From the IMG/VR virus record IMGVR_UViG_3300020042_013559: DNA of 60,463 nt; one strand, given 5' to 3'. This stretch comes from an uncultured virus (IMG/VR IMGVR_UViG_3300020042_013559). Its lineage: Duplodnaviria; Heunggongvirae; Uroviricota; Caudoviricetes. The notes under the pieces were generated by a model. The model had not been told where the DNA came from and did no database searches. It was given only the letters and a program-made list of their open reading frames with translations. A program made the position numbers and the translations under genes. Positions 20,193 to 30,994 of this stretch are shown here, piece after piece; position 1 is the first letter of the stretch; each line of letters opens with the position of its first letter.

Positions 20193-22157
20193 ATGCAATT
20201 CTCAAGAATATACAACGAAAAACCTTTTGATAGTCGGCATGATATTGCCGTGTCTATGGTTTTTTCCGTGTTCAACCCATCCGGTGCATGTTCAGGTGGA
20301 TTGACGATTGCATTTTATGAGGATTCTTTAATTTCACCTTTTGGAGGAGGAATTGCTGGATCATTGGGATATGCTCCTTATGCAAATCCTTCTTTGGGTT
20401 TATCATATGAAGGTCTTGGAGGTGCACATGTGGGAGTTGGTTTGGATATTACTGGTGAATTCTCTAAAAGAGGAGACGGAAGAACTACTGGTGATTTTAA
20501 AATTAATCCAAATACAATTGCATTTCGTGATTCACAATCAAATAATTATAATTTTTTAAGCTATTCTGAAAACTTAACAAATTTTGATATCAATTTGGGA
20601 CAGAATTCAACATCAGAATCAAATGCAAAAGATATATCAATACGGATAATTTTAAGTGAACAGGGACGTAAAATTAAAGTTCAAAAAATTATTAATCAAG
20701 ATGAATTTGTTACTATAGCTGAACAATCATTTTTAGAACAAAAAGAAACTGCTTATCGTGTATCTTGTACATTTGTTTCTCCTGATAATACAACAAAATG
20801 CAAAATAAAACAATTTAATGTTTATGGATTTTCAAATGAATATGCATTGAATAGAGATGCTGAAATAGATTCGAGTTTACCGATTTGTTATCAAAATATT
20901 AAAAAAAGCCCTTTTAATACAGGTCAAAGCAGAAAAATATTTTTAGGATCAAATAATTTATTTGTTGAAGAAACAAATAATCTTAATTTTTCAAATTATG
21001 TTCTAACAAGATCAGAAACAGCTCCATATGATTTTCGTCAAACAATCAATTACGACCCAGTTACAACACCACTTACAACTTATGAAATTTTTCAGGATAC
21101 TGATAATAACAATCTTTTAATCACAAAAAACATAGATAATAACAATCTTAGCATTTATAGAAATTTGGGACGAAGTGTTGTTAAAGAATATTCAATAACA
21201 AATGATAGTTCTCCTGGTTTTGGAAATAGTTCTAGTATAGATGGAAATCTTTTGTTTGTTTCAACTGTTTCTGCAGTAAAAATGTATAAAAGAAGTGGAT
21301 ACGATTGGAATTACACATCCACATTTGAAAATTTAAGTTCGCAACAACCATATAACATAAGTTTCAAAAATAATAACGGTATTGTGTCTTATTATGATGG
21401 TTCGGTTCAAATATTCGAAAATGATGGATATGACAATTATTCAAGCGTGTATTTCTTGTCTGCAATCGGTTCCACATCTGAAGGATTTGGAAACAGTATA
21501 GATATTTCTGAAAATTTTGCTGTTGTTGGTGCGCCTTATAAAGATTCATATTATACTGACGAAGGTGCTGTATACGTTTTTTCTAAAACTGCATCTTGGA
21601 ATTTTACTGAAATTCTTTCAGGTGGTGAAATACCTGAAGCATATTTTGGAAATAGTGTCTCACTATTTGGTGGTGTTTTGGCAGTTGGAGTTCCCAGAAA
21701 ATCAGTAGCATTAAATGCCAGAGCAGGTGTTGTTAACATTTATGATTTGGGTACAACTGGATCTTCAATTCTTAGAAGCATATATACTCCAATTAATTTA
21801 GCTCCAAATGTAAACATGGGAACTGAAGTTGATTTAAAAAATTCAATTTTAGCTGCTCGTACCCATGATAGTGTTGCAGTTTTTAGTTTAAGTTGCCCTC
21901 CTATTTTCATTCCTCCAAGCATAGTTCCTCCTTGTGCCATTCAATTGATTTCCAATATAGCATTTGGTTTTATAAAGAAAATAGACCAAACCGGATATGT
22001 TTTAACAATACAATGTCCAAAACCACCACTTACACCTCTAAGCTCACTTTGTGCATTAGTTACTATTCTAACCGGCTATCCAATTTATTCCGTAAATGGC
22101 TTTGATGTATTGAGCCCAATTTTCTGTCCTATTACAGGAATTAACATAGGATTTTAA
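20193..22157 (+). CDS. Putative receptor-binding protein: legume-lectin-like domain plus FG-GAP beta-propeller
   Basis: GGLTIAF...GGSLGY...VGVGLD (L-type lectin); FGNSIDISENFAVVGAPY...GAVYVF and FGNSVSLFGGVLAVGVP...GVVNIY (FG-GAP). Confidence 0.75.
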   Translation: MQFSRIYNEKPFDSRHDIAVSMVFSVFNPSGACSGGLTIAFYEDSLISPFGGGIAGSLGYAPYANPSLGLSYEGLGGAHVGVGLDITGEFSKRGDGRTTGDFKINPNTIAFRDSQSNNYNFLSYSENLTNFDINLGQNSTSESNAKDISIRIILSEQGRKIKVQKIINQDEFVTIAEQSFLEQKETAYRVSCTFVSPDNTTKCKIKQFNVYGFSNEYALNRDAEIDSSLPICYQNIKKSPFNTGQSRKIFLGSNNLFVEETNNLNFSNYVLTRSETAPYDFRQTINYDPVTTPLTTYEIFQDTDNNNLLITKNIDNNNLSIYRNLGRSVVKEYSITNDSSPGFGNSSSIDGNLLFVSTVSAVKMYKRSGYDWNYTSTFENLSSQQPYNISFKNNNGIVSYYDGSVQIFENDGYDNYSSVYFLSAIGSTSEGFGNSIDISENFAVVGAPYKDSYYTDEGAVYVFSKTASWNFTEILSGGEIPEAYFGNSVSLFGGVLAVGVPRKSVALNARAGVVNIYDLGTTGSSILRSIYTPINLAPNVNMGTEVDLKNSILAARTHDSVAVFSLSCPPIFIPPSIVPPCAIQLISNIAFGFIKKIDQTGYVLTIQCPKPPLTPLSSLCALVTILTGYPIYSVNGFDVLSPIFCPITGINIGF

Positions 22158-22159
22158 TT

Positions 22160-22885
22160 ATGAATTATAATACGGCAATCATATATCTAACAGCAAATGA
22201 AAACTTCATATCATTTTCAACAATTGATGGTTATGTTTATAGAGATCCTTTGTTAGGTTTTTCATTTACATATAATAATATATTAAGTTCCGCAACATTT
22301 TTAGGTCTCAGTGGTTCTCCTGCTTTGTCTGCATTACCATTATCTGCTTATACTAATACCTCCACATTTTTATCATCAAACAATATTGTTGTTCGTAGAC
22401 ATGAGTTTAATGAGTTTATATTCACAGGACCAGTTGTCATAAATTATTCTTTAAAAAATGTTCAACAAAGTTTATATAAAATAGAAAAAATAATAGGATA
22501 CTTAAACGGTAATATTATTGAAAATAATATTGATCTTTTAAATTCATCCACGTCATTTTTAAACGGTATAACCGCCACTTATGAAACACCGTCTGAATTT
22601 TCAAAAACCTATAATGAGTCAATAAGCTGTTACCGAGAAAATTTTTATGTGGATGTTTTTGATATATCATTCAGAATCAATCAACCCAGTCTTTTTGATA
22701 TAACTTCAAAATACAAAATAATAAATTATCAAATATTGGATGATAATCATTCATATCTTTTAACTCTTCAGGGTTATGAGGATAGAAACATTCATTATGC
22801 CGTTTTAGGTACAGATTCAACAATTTTTGTATCACCATCTTCAATTACCCGAACTTACCCCAACCTTAATTTTTTAATATCATAA
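22160..22885 (+). CDS. Hypothetical virion protein
   Basis: 241-aa ORF in the structural operon. Confidence 0.6.
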   Translation: MNYNTAIIYLTANENFISFSTIDGYVYRDPLLGFSFTYNNILSSATFLGLSGSPALSALPLSAYTNTSTFLSSNNIVVRRHEFNEFIFTGPVVINYSLKNVQQSLYKIEKIIGYLNGNIIENNIDLLNSSTSFLNGITATYETPSEFSKTYNESISCYRENFYVDVFDISFRINQPSLFDITSKYKIINYQILDDNHSYLLTLQGYEDRNIHYAVLGTDSTIFVSPSSITRTYPNLNFLIS

Positions 22886-22919
22886 AGCATGTAACCCCAA
22901 CACTTTAATAAGTATTTTT

Positions 22920-25900
22920 ATGATTGTAAAAGAATTTAACACAAATAACTGGTCTGAATTGGATCCTCAATATCAACCAGATATGGATTTTGTTACAAAA
23001 AAACAAAAAGTTTATTCTGATTCTTGCTTGGTTTTTTCGTTTCCACAGTTTTTAAAAAGCAATTATGATCAAAAAACAAATAATTTTTCAACTTTGGCAC
23101 TCACATCTTCACTTCAAATAAGCGATGCTTTTCAAATTGATATACCAGAATCGATTGGAAATGGATTTGTAACTGTAATAAGTAACGGAATAGACTCAAT
23201 AACTAACACGGCTCAAAGATATTGGTTAGCAATTCCTTCTTCTTCAAAAAAATATCTTGAAATAGATACAAACAATTCGTTTGGAGAAAAAAATCCTGAT
23301 TTTTATTTTGAAATAGATTTTTTAAACGACAACACATGTAGGGTATCGCATAATTATTACAATATAAAATATTATTTAAATTTTAATCTGCTTTCCAATC
23401 AAGTTGTTTTTCTTTCAGCCGACAATGACATATTTTCTCCAAATAGTTTGGAAAAGCAAAAATTTGAATATATTTTTGATCAAGTCAACAAACTTATTGC
23501 ATTCTTTTATAGAAAAAATAATAATGTTTATACTTTAACAAAAATTGCATCCTCCCTTTCTTTTAGTCCGCTCACTGGTTCAAATATACAATTCACAGAG
23601 AATAATGTTTTTAATTTGCATCCCATAAAATTTACCTTGCTAGATTCAATTTCTTCGTTTTGGTTTGAATATACTAAACAATTTGATACAAACAATTTAA
23701 ATGTTAATTGCTCTGTGACTGAAAAAGATTCCAATCAGTTGGTTTTTCATACTGAATATAATAATATAAACTCAGTCGAAATGCCTTTTAATATTATCAA
23801 TCAAAAAACTTCTTTAACACCATCTTCAAATAATATATCTTCTGCGGATAATAAGAAACAAAGAAATTATGTTTCTTTGAATACAGGTTCAAATCAACAA
23901 ACAGGAAATATTAAATTTTCAGCAAATTATCAAAGTAGTATAAATGAATATTCATTCTTACCTGAAAAAATAACATATTTTCATACACCCGTGCAAATGG
24001 GTCCTCATCAAATGATTAATATCAATGATACAAATCTTGTTGAATCTGGTTCTATTTTTTCAAATACTCCTGAATTTTCTGATAAAGTTTGGAAAAAAAT
24101 GTCGAATTACAGTTTAACATCCAAGTTCGGAAATCCTTTTGGTGAAGTAAACGGAACATGGTTATGCTCCTGGTTGAGCGGTTCTTCCGATCCTAATATT
24201 TTGCCGGTATGGTATGATCGGTATTTTATTCCTAACAAAACAACACGCGAATCAGCATTTTCTGCTTCAAACGTTTATACATATACTAGCCATTATGATT
24301 GTGTTACTAATCTATCCAATTCAAATAATGAAATTTTCGATGTTCTTAGTAATTTGACATTCGATCCATATACACTGTATGCATATTACAGAACTGGAAA
24401 AAATGATATTTTAAATCTTAAAAAGCAAAATGCTAATAATCTTCTTTTTGAACAAATTAATCAATATTTTGATGTAAATGGAACAATATTAACAACTGAA
24501 AATGGAAATTATTCATTTTTTGGAAATCAATATGGATTATGTGAAACTATCAATAGCAAATCTTTCAATAATCAATTCACCATCCTATTTTCTCTGTTTT
24601 CAAGAGATTTTTCTCAACCGTTTGGACACCAATTAATAGGAAATTATAAAAATAGGGGATTAGGAATTTATTCCGACCGATCAGTTACTCCATTTTTAAG
24701 AATAATAAAAGATAAAAGTATACTCATTTATGATACAAAAATGAACCAAATTGATCAGGTGGATTTTCAAAACCAGATCATACAAATTATTCAATTGGAA
24801 AGTTTGGATGATTATTTTGTTTTAGATAATCAAGGTGAATTATTTCAATTAGATTCAAAAAATACAATTTTTGACAGCACATTTTTTGGACCTCTTTCCA
24901 CTACCATATCACACGTTTCTGATGATTTTTATACTCACTTTTTAGTTTCATCTGCAGGTGATGTTGTTTCTTACAATAGAAACACAGAAGATATAACCTA
25001 CAACACATTCTCCCGAGCATTTTCAGTCTCTCCAATGACAAAAGCCGGTGATTTAAAAAAGATAGGAAATAGTTTGTATGTAATAGATGGAAAAAATGCT
25101 CAAAAATATGATGAATATAGAATTTTTTATATTAAAAATGGTCAGATTGTGGAATGGAATATTTCTTCAAACAACATTGAGACTCGAATGTTTAACAGTA
25201 GTGGAACCATTTTAACATATAAATTAGATGACAATAATAATTTTTATATTTTTGATAACAATTCCACTTGTTATGTTCACAATTCTGCAGGATTTGTTGT
25301 AACTACACTTCAAATGCCAATTTCTTCCAGCACGGTTATTGCAAGTGATTATTCAAAAATATATTCGAATGGTCAAAAAATTGAAACCATTTATGCGGTG
25401 TGTTCTTCAAACAATTCAAATTTAGTTGTAGCTATAAATCCTGAAAAAATATCAGTATTCGATTCCACAATTTATTCTTTTGATTATAATTTGTCGGGTG
25501 TGAGATATTCCGGCTTTTCTAATTCAAATTACAATAAAGAATTTTTGGATCTGAATTATCCTTCTCATACCATTTCTGTTAGATTAGGACTTCCTAATTT
25601 ATATGCATATAATAGTTTTGATGAAATTAATTTAAAATTTAACGCTACTCAATTGAATTATGGATATCATGAATTTGCTTTAAGTGTAGATTCAATCGAA
25701 GGTATAGCCAAACTTATAGTAAATGGAAACATCGTCGACACAAAAAACATAAGTCCAGGAAAATATACGTTTAGTAATATTATAACCGAACCTTTGTCAT
25801 TTGGTTCCACGCAATATTTTGCAGGTACAGAATTGTTTCAAACATTAAATAAAATACAAAATGCATTTTTAGTAGGAAATGTGATGATGCGAGATGTGTT

Positions 25901-26204
25901 TTTCTTTACAAAACCTTTAAATTATTATGAAATTCGTCTATTGCAGAAGCTTTCTAAAGATATAAAACCTATCAATTTTATTCTTCCTTCAGAAACCAGA
26001 AATTATACAGAGACTGTACAGCAATTTTTCCGCCAAAGAGTTCCTTATCACAAGTCGCCTTTTGTGGACATATCTATAAATAATTCTAAAATTTTAAATG
26101 AACAGGCAAGAAATTATATTAGGGAAAATTTAAATCTAGTTCTTATGAATAACCTTCCATATTATACAAAAATCAGCAATCTTATTTGGAGGGAAAATTT
26201 ATGA
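22920..26204 (+). CDS. Large virion protein with LamG/concanavalin-like and beta-propeller-like segments
   Basis: NQFTILFSL early and YHEFALSVD...AKLIVNG...PLSFGS...DVFFFTKPLN late, resembling a LamG domain interrupted by beta-rich repeats. Confidence 0.6.
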   Translation: MIVKEFNTNNWSELDPQYQPDMDFVTKKQKVYSDSCLVFSFPQFLKSNYDQKTNNFSTLALTSSLQISDAFQIDIPESIGNGFVTVISNGIDSITNTAQRYWLAIPSSSKKYLEIDTNNSFGEKNPDFYFEIDFLNDNTCRVSHNYYNIKYYLNFNLLSNQVVFLSADNDIFSPNSLEKQKFEYIFDQVNKLIAFFYRKNNNVYTLTKIASSLSFSPLTGSNIQFTENNVFNLHPIKFTLLDSISSFWFEYTKQFDTNNLNVNCSVTEKDSNQLVFHTEYNNINSVEMPFNIINQKTSLTPSSNNISSADNKKQRNYVSLNTGSNQQTGNIKFSANYQSSINEYSFLPEKITYFHTPVQMGPHQMININDTNLVESGSIFSNTPEFSDKVWKKMSNYSLTSKFGNPFGEVNGTWLCSWLSGSSDPNILPVWYDRYFIPNKTTRESAFSASNVYTYTSHYDCVTNLSNSNNEIFDVLSNLTFDPYTLYAYYRTGKNDILNLKKQNANNLLFEQINQYFDVNGTILTTENGNYSFFGNQYGLCETINSKSFNNQFTILFSLFSRDFSQPFGHQLIGNYKNRGLGIYSDRSVTPFLRIIKDKSILIYDTKMNQIDQVDFQNQIIQIIQLESLDDYFVLDNQGELFQLDSKNTIFDSTFFGPLSTTISHVSDDFYTHFLVSSAGDVVSYNRNTEDITYNTFSRAFSVSPMTKAGDLKKIGNSLYVIDGKNAQKYDEYRIFYIKNGQIVEWNISSNNIETRMFNSSGTILTYKLDDNNNFYIFDNNSTCYVHNSAGFVVTTLQMPISSSTVIASDYSKIYSNGQKIETIYAVCSSNNSNLVVAINPEKISVFDSTIYSFDYNLSGVRYSGFSNSNYNKEFLDLNYPSHTISVRLGLPNLYAYNSFDEINLKFNATQLNYGYHEFALSVDSIEGIAKLIVNGNIVDTKNISPGKYTFSNIITEPLSFGSTQYFAGTELFQTLNKIQNAFLVGNVMMRDVFFFTKPLNYYEIRLLQKLSKDIKPINFILPSETRNYTETVQQFFRQRVPYHKSPFVDISINNSKILNEQARNYIRENLNLVLMNNLPYYTKISNLIWRENL

Positions 26205-27955
26205 TTTCCATATCCAAATCATTTGATGAGAGTCCTTTTTTGTTTGATCGTGTCACAGGTGATTTCATAAAATTACCTTATGATTTTTCTAAAATACAAA
26301 TTCCTGTAAACGAATTAGCAGTATCTGGTGCAATTAATTTGAAACTAGATTATTTCTTTGAAAATTTGATTTACCTATATTCTCAAAGCAAAATTTTAAC
26401 AAATCAAATTCCTTATCAATTTTTAAGTTGGCTAGGTGTTGTTTCCGGTAAAAATAATGTGTCATGGAACCAAAATACAGTTCCGAATACAAGTGCCGCA
26501 CCATTTGCCAATGCAGGTCTTTCTGCTTTGGATTTTCTGCAAGATTTAGTTACAGTAAAAACTGAAAATGATGAAATTTTGTTCATAGGAACTCAAGGTC
26601 AACATATCGTTTATGCGGTTACAGATCAAAATTATACATCATTCACAGTAATTTTATCATCTCCATTTGTTGATGAATTTACCCAGCTTAGAAACGGTAA
26701 TGTAACAGATTTAATAGTGGATGGATACAATCTGTATTCAATCGATTATACAAATAACAATGTTATTCTTTACGATATTGAAGGATTCATTGGTGGTGAA
26801 AATATAAAAAGGAATAAACGTTACATCAGAAAAATTATTGGTGGTCAAGGAGGAAGATACGATAACGGTGCGTTTAAAAATCCATTTGCTGCAGATTTTT
26901 ACAATTCAACTCTTGTTGTCATGGACAGCGGAAATGCTTGTTTGAAATTTTATGATTCTGATTTGAATTGGCGTTATTCCCTGGTTGTGAATCGAATTTT
27001 TAGAAATTATGAAATTGTAGATATAAAACTTCATAAAAATAAACTAACAGGAAATACAGATATTTTCATGCTGTCCAAAAATAATAAAATAATAATTTTA
27101 AAAATTATGGATTCATCATTTGATGTTATAGATTTTTCAGAAGAAACAACAACAGGAGAAATTGGTGTTAAATTTGTTTTTAGTAAAAATAACACAAACA
27201 TTTTTTATATTCTGACAAACAAATCAATTTATAAAAAATTCTTTACGCGACCTCAAACAAGAATTGGAAAATTTGATTTGCAAAGAGATGGTGTTTTAAA
27301 TTATGATTTAAAAGCTCTTGATATTATATTGGAAAATGAAAATGACATATTATTTGCTTTTTCCAGAACATCATTGTCCCCATCTCTTTCATGTGGGCAA
27401 TTTTTAAAATTTATTGAACCTAATTTTACAAATAATATGCTATATTCATATGATTTTGACATTTATAATAAAGATCAAATTGATATTAAAGATGAAGAAT
27501 ACTCACAGGCTCTTACTTTTAACAAAACAATTATTAAATTGATAAACAATAATTACACACTTTTGAATCAAGCCCGACAAAGATTCAAGTTTGATTTAGA
27601 TTCTTACCTGCCTTTATCGGCGGTTGATATACAAATGACAAACAACGACATTTATCAAAGTTATAGATTTATAAGAGACATCTATATTGATGATTCAGTT
27701 TTAAACGACCAGAATTTGTTAATAAATTGTAATAATTTTATTGGAAATAATGAAAATTTCCAAAGTGACGTTATAAATCGCTGTCTTTATAGAATATATT
27801 TGCAACAATTAGCTCTTTTAAACATATTCCAGGGGGATACACCATTACCGTTACCTTTGTTTCTTTTCAATTGTAATATTATTACAATAGCAAATGACGA
27901 CCTTATGCAAGGAGTTGGAGATGGTGCATTTTTAATCAGCATATTGTGCAATTGA
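26201..27955 (+). CDS. Virion protein with NHL-like beta-propeller
   Basis: LYSIDYTNNNVILYD and FKNPFAADFYNSTLVVMDSGNACLKFYD; ATG at 26201 overlaps upstream TGA, preferred over 26186. Confidence 0.65.
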   Translation: MISISKSFDESPFLFDRVTGDFIKLPYDFSKIQIPVNELAVSGAINLKLDYFFENLIYLYSQSKILTNQIPYQFLSWLGVVSGKNNVSWNQNTVPNTSAAPFANAGLSALDFLQDLVTVKTENDEILFIGTQGQHIVYAVTDQNYTSFTVILSSPFVDEFTQLRNGNVTDLIVDGYNLYSIDYTNNNVILYDIEGFIGGENIKRNKRYIRKIIGGQGGRYDNGAFKNPFAADFYNSTLVVMDSGNACLKFYDSDLNWRYSLVVNRIFRNYEIVDIKLHKNKLTGNTDIFMLSKNNKIIILKIMDSSFDVIDFSEETTTGEIGVKFVFSKNNTNIFYILTNKSIYKKFFTRPQTRIGKFDLQRDGVLNYDLKALDIILENENDILFAFSRTSLSPSLSCGQFLKFIEPNFTNNMLYSYDFDIYNKDQIDIKDEEYSQALTFNKTIIKLINNNYTLLNQARQRFKFDLDSYLPLSAVDIQMTNNDIYQSYRFIRDIYIDDSVLNDQNLLINCNNFIGNNENFQSDVINRCLYRIYLQQLALLNIFQGDTPLPLPLFLFNCNIITIANDDLMQGVGDGAFLISILCN

Positions 27956-27960
27956 TTTAT

Positions 27961-27966
27961 TAAATA
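27961..27966 (+). promoter_or_regulatory. Late promoter core TAAATA
   Basis: 5 nt before ATG 27972. Confidence 0.7.
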
Positions 27967-27971
27967 ATTAT

Positions 27972-28787
27972 ATGGCTGGAAATTACCCTTTTCACGGAAA
28001 ACTGCACAGATCAACACACCATACTGATCCTACACCTGGTGTGACAGAAAGCGGTACAGATCCCGTTGCTGCACCATCAGCACCGTTTAAAGGAATTTTC
28101 CATACTGTTTTAGAAGGTAATAGTTATGAATGGTACAACGCTTATACCTATATTAAAACAAACAGCGCCAATTTTGCTCGTGTAGATACAGACAATACTT
28201 TTCAGAAAAATATCACAATTTTAGGAAATTTAAGTGCACTTGGCAATTCCGTATTTAGGAATACCATAATTACAACAACAAGTGCTCTTAGTGTAGTGAA
28301 TGTTGGAGTTGGACCTGCACTTTATGTTGCACAAGCACCGGGAGTTTATGATATTGCCAATTTCTATGATTTGGATGGAATCGAAGTTCTTCACGTAGGA
28401 AATGCTCTTACAACAGGATCTCTTGGAAAAGTAGGCATAAACACAAGTTTTCCCACAGTAGAATTTACAGTAAACGGATCTATTAGCAGTAATGGTATTA
28501 TTACTGTAGCAAATGGTAATAGTAATAATTGGAATAACACTTATACCAATCTGATTAATAATAGTTCAGCTTATCTTTCTGGAGGAACTGCAGCAGCAAT
28601 TGGATTTACTCCGATTACAAATACAAATTATTTTTCAGCAAGAATAGAACCATTACAGCTTCTTGCAACATCAGTACAAAGTGCAATTTCTGCTTTGAAT
28701 GAACGTATCAATACAATTTATGCATTATTGGAAGGTCTAACCGCAAACAAAGGAACCGTTTTTGTTTCCATAAGCAGCACACTATGA
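27972..28787 (+). CDS. Fibre/whisker-like virion protein
   Basis: GKVGINTSFPTVEFTVNGSISSNG fibre motif and C-terminal coiled coil; directly before the neck gene, where T4 has wac. Confidence 0.6.
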   Translation: MAGNYPFHGKLHRSTHHTDPTPGVTESGTDPVAAPSAPFKGIFHTVLEGNSYEWYNAYTYIKTNSANFARVDTDNTFQKNITILGNLSALGNSVFRNTIITTTSALSVVNVGVGPALYVAQAPGVYDIANFYDLDGIEVLHVGNALTTGSLGKVGINTSFPTVEFTVNGSISSNGIITVANGNSNNWNNTYTNLINNSSAYLSGGTAAAIGFTPITNTNYFSARIEPLQLLATSVQSAISALNERINTIYALLEGLTANKGTVFVSISSTL

Positions 28788-29800
28788 GCCTGAGTTGCAC
28801 AGTTACAGAAAGCGTGAGTACTTTTTACAGTACCAATTTGAATAGCCGTATCAAAGCGTTCAATGATCTGGGTGTTCGTATCAGCCGTCAATTGGGCGCT
28901 CCTCTCGTAAACGTTGAAATTCATCAAGATCAATTGTATGAGAACATCAGTATTGCCGTTGAAATGTTTAGTAAATTTGCAGGTTATACAGAAGAATATT
29001 TGGTATTTGATAGTAATCTTTATGAGGATGGTAAGGGTGTAAGATTAGACACTCTTTTTAGTCTTACTCGAGATTTTAATTTTAGAGTTGATGTTCGCAA
29101 TACTGAAATCAATAGCATGTATAACATTGGAAATATGGTTATTGGTGATCCATCAAATCCTATGGCATTTCAAGTTTCAGAAGATGATCCCAGAGGAAAT
29201 CTTCCGGATCAACTTTCCATTTTAAACAGCTATGATTATCTTATTGGTGATTATAGAAAAGTTATTGATATTCGTGAATTTGAGGAAGGTAGCAATAATG
29301 GAGTAAACACATTGTTCACCATTGAACAAACTCTTGCTCAACAAACTTATTTTAGTTACGCCATGGGAAACTATGGGTTTGATTTGATCAGCTGGTATAT
29401 TCTTAAAGATTGGCTGGAAACTCGAGAAAAACTTTTGGCTATTCGTCGTTCCATTAAATTCGATGAACGAACACAATATCTGCAGATGTATCCACCACCC
29501 CGTACTCCAGGATCAGGAACCAGATTTTATGGTATAATTTCATGTTTTGTTGAGCGTCCTGTTTATCAATTGATCCAGGAACAGTGGGTTCAACAATATG
29601 CATTGGCTTTGACAAAAATTGCCGTGGGCCATGTCCGAGGAAAATACACTGCTGTCAATCTTTTCGGGGGTGGACAGATCAATTATAACGATATGTTGTC
29701 CCAAGGATTGCGTGAAAAAGAAGAACTGGAAAAGAGATTGTATGAAGGTTCAGCTCCTGGATTAGGAGATGCCAGTCCGGTAACTTTCATGGTTGGTTAA
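28784..29800 (+). CDS. gp13: Neck protein gp13
   Basis: RQLGAPLVNVEIHQDQL, WVQQYALALTK...G...GKY...GGGQINY, C-terminal FMVG. Confidence 0.92.
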   Translation: MSLSCTVTESVSTFYSTNLNSRIKAFNDLGVRISRQLGAPLVNVEIHQDQLYENISIAVEMFSKFAGYTEEYLVFDSNLYEDGKGVRLDTLFSLTRDFNFRVDVRNTEINSMYNIGNMVIGDPSNPMAFQVSEDDPRGNLPDQLSILNSYDYLIGDYRKVIDIREFEEGSNNGVNTLFTIEQTLAQQTYFSYAMGNYGFDLISWYILKDWLETREKLLAIRRSIKFDERTQYLQMYPPPRTPGSGTRFYGIISCFVERPVYQLIQEQWVQQYALALTKIAVGHVRGKYTAVNLFGGGQINYNDMLSQGLREKEELEKRLYEGSAPGLGDASPVTFMVG

Positions 29801-29805
29801 TTTTA

Positions 29806-30279
29806 ATGATACCTCTTCAAAAAAATTCCCGATTCATACAGGGAGTTTTTAGTCCTAAAAATGAAAAAAAATATGTTGGTAAAAAACCCATCATTTACAG
29901 ATCATCCTATGAATTGAAATTTTTTCGTTTTTGTGATGATAATCCAAATGTTTCTCGCTGGGCAAGTGAAAGCATAAAGATTCCTTATTTTCATCCTTTT
30001 GCAAAAACCAGTCGGTTGTATCATGTGGACCTTAACATGGTGATAAAAGAAGGAGATGTTTACAAAAAATATCTTGTGGAAATAAAACCTGAAAAACAAA
30101 CTCAAAAACCAGATTTTACAAACAGCAAGTGTAGAAAATCCACAATTCTCTATGAACAAATGACTTATGTAACAAATTGTGCAAAATGGGAAGCAGCCAA
30201 ATTTTTTGCAAAAACCCATGATATGCAGTTCATTATCCTTACTGAAAAAGATTTAAAAATAAATAACTCGAAAAAATAG
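29806..30279 (+). CDS. gp4: Head completion nuclease (T4 gp4, TnsA-like fold)
   Basis: PKNEKKYVG...IIYRSSYELKFFRFCD...WASE...LVEIKP...NCAKWEAA...LTEKDL. Confidence 0.92.
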   Translation: MIPLQKNSRFIQGVFSPKNEKKYVGKKPIIYRSSYELKFFRFCDDNPNVSRWASESIKIPYFHPFAKTSRLYHVDLNMVIKEGDVYKKYLVEIKPEKQTQKPDFTNSKCRKSTILYEQMTYVTNCAKWEAAKFFAKTHDMQFIILTEKDLKINNSKK

Positions 30280-30287
30280 ATAAAATA

Positions 30288-30295
30288 TATAAATA
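30288..30295 (+). promoter_or_regulatory. Late promoter TATAAATA (gp21)
   Basis: Full T4 consensus 7 nt before ATG 30303. Confidence 0.8.
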
Positions 30296-30302
30296 ATTAA
30301 AC

Positions 30303-30983
30303 ATGAGCGATGGATTAAAACTTATTGTAGAAAAGCCTGCTTCTAATGAAGACTTCGAATATGTGTTAGAAGAGAAAAATCCGAATCAACCTGCCACTCT
30401 TTTCATCAAAGGTCCTTACATGATGGCAGAACAAGCCAATCGTAATCGTAGAATTTACAATTTGGAAGAAATGGCAAAAGAAGTTAATCGCTATACTGGT
30501 GAAATGATTAAAAATCATCGCAGCATGGGCGAATTGAATCATCCTCAAACTCCTGAAGTTAATTTGGAACGGGTTTGTCATATGGTTACTGAACTTCGCC
30601 AAGATGGAAATGTTTTTTATGGCAAAAGCAAGGTTCTTAGCACTCCTATGGGAATGATTGTTAAGAGTTTAATTCAAGATGGTGTTAAGGTAGGAATGAG
30701 CAGCCGTGCTCTGGGTAAACTTTCAGAAAGTTCAAATGGAATTAACAAAGTTTCCGATTTTCGTTTGGTTGCTATTGATTGTGTTGCTGATCCGTCGTTC
30801 CCCAAAGCTTTTGTTGACGGAATTTTGGAAAGTAAACAATTCGTTCTTAAGGAAAGCGGACATTATGAAGAAATTTATGACAGCTTTGGAGATGCTCTTC
30901 GCAATCTTCCCCGGCATGATGTTGAATCATTTTTGAAAGAACAGGTGGTTCTTTTCTTTAGAAAACTAAGCTCAAAAAGCTAA
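30303..30983 (+). CDS. gp21: Prohead protease
   Basis: NRNRRIY, GELNHP, VGMSSRALG, DCVADPS. Confidence 0.95.
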   Translation: MSDGLKLIVEKPASNEDFEYVLEEKNPNQPATLFIKGPYMMAEQANRNRRIYNLEEMAKEVNRYTGEMIKNHRSMGELNHPQTPEVNLERVCHMVTELRQDGNVFYGKSKVLSTPMGMIVKSLIQDGVKVGMSSRALGKLSESSNGINKVSDFRLVAIDCVADPSFPKAFVDGILESKQFVLKESGHYEEIYDSFGDALRNLPRHDVESFLKEQVVLFFRKLSSKS

Positions 30984-30994
30984 ATATAAAGACA

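Noticed and set aside
29806..30279. TnsA-like nuclease as a transposon or homing endonuclease
   Set aside because: Motifs and position match the core T4-like head completion protein; no terminal repeats or transposase partners
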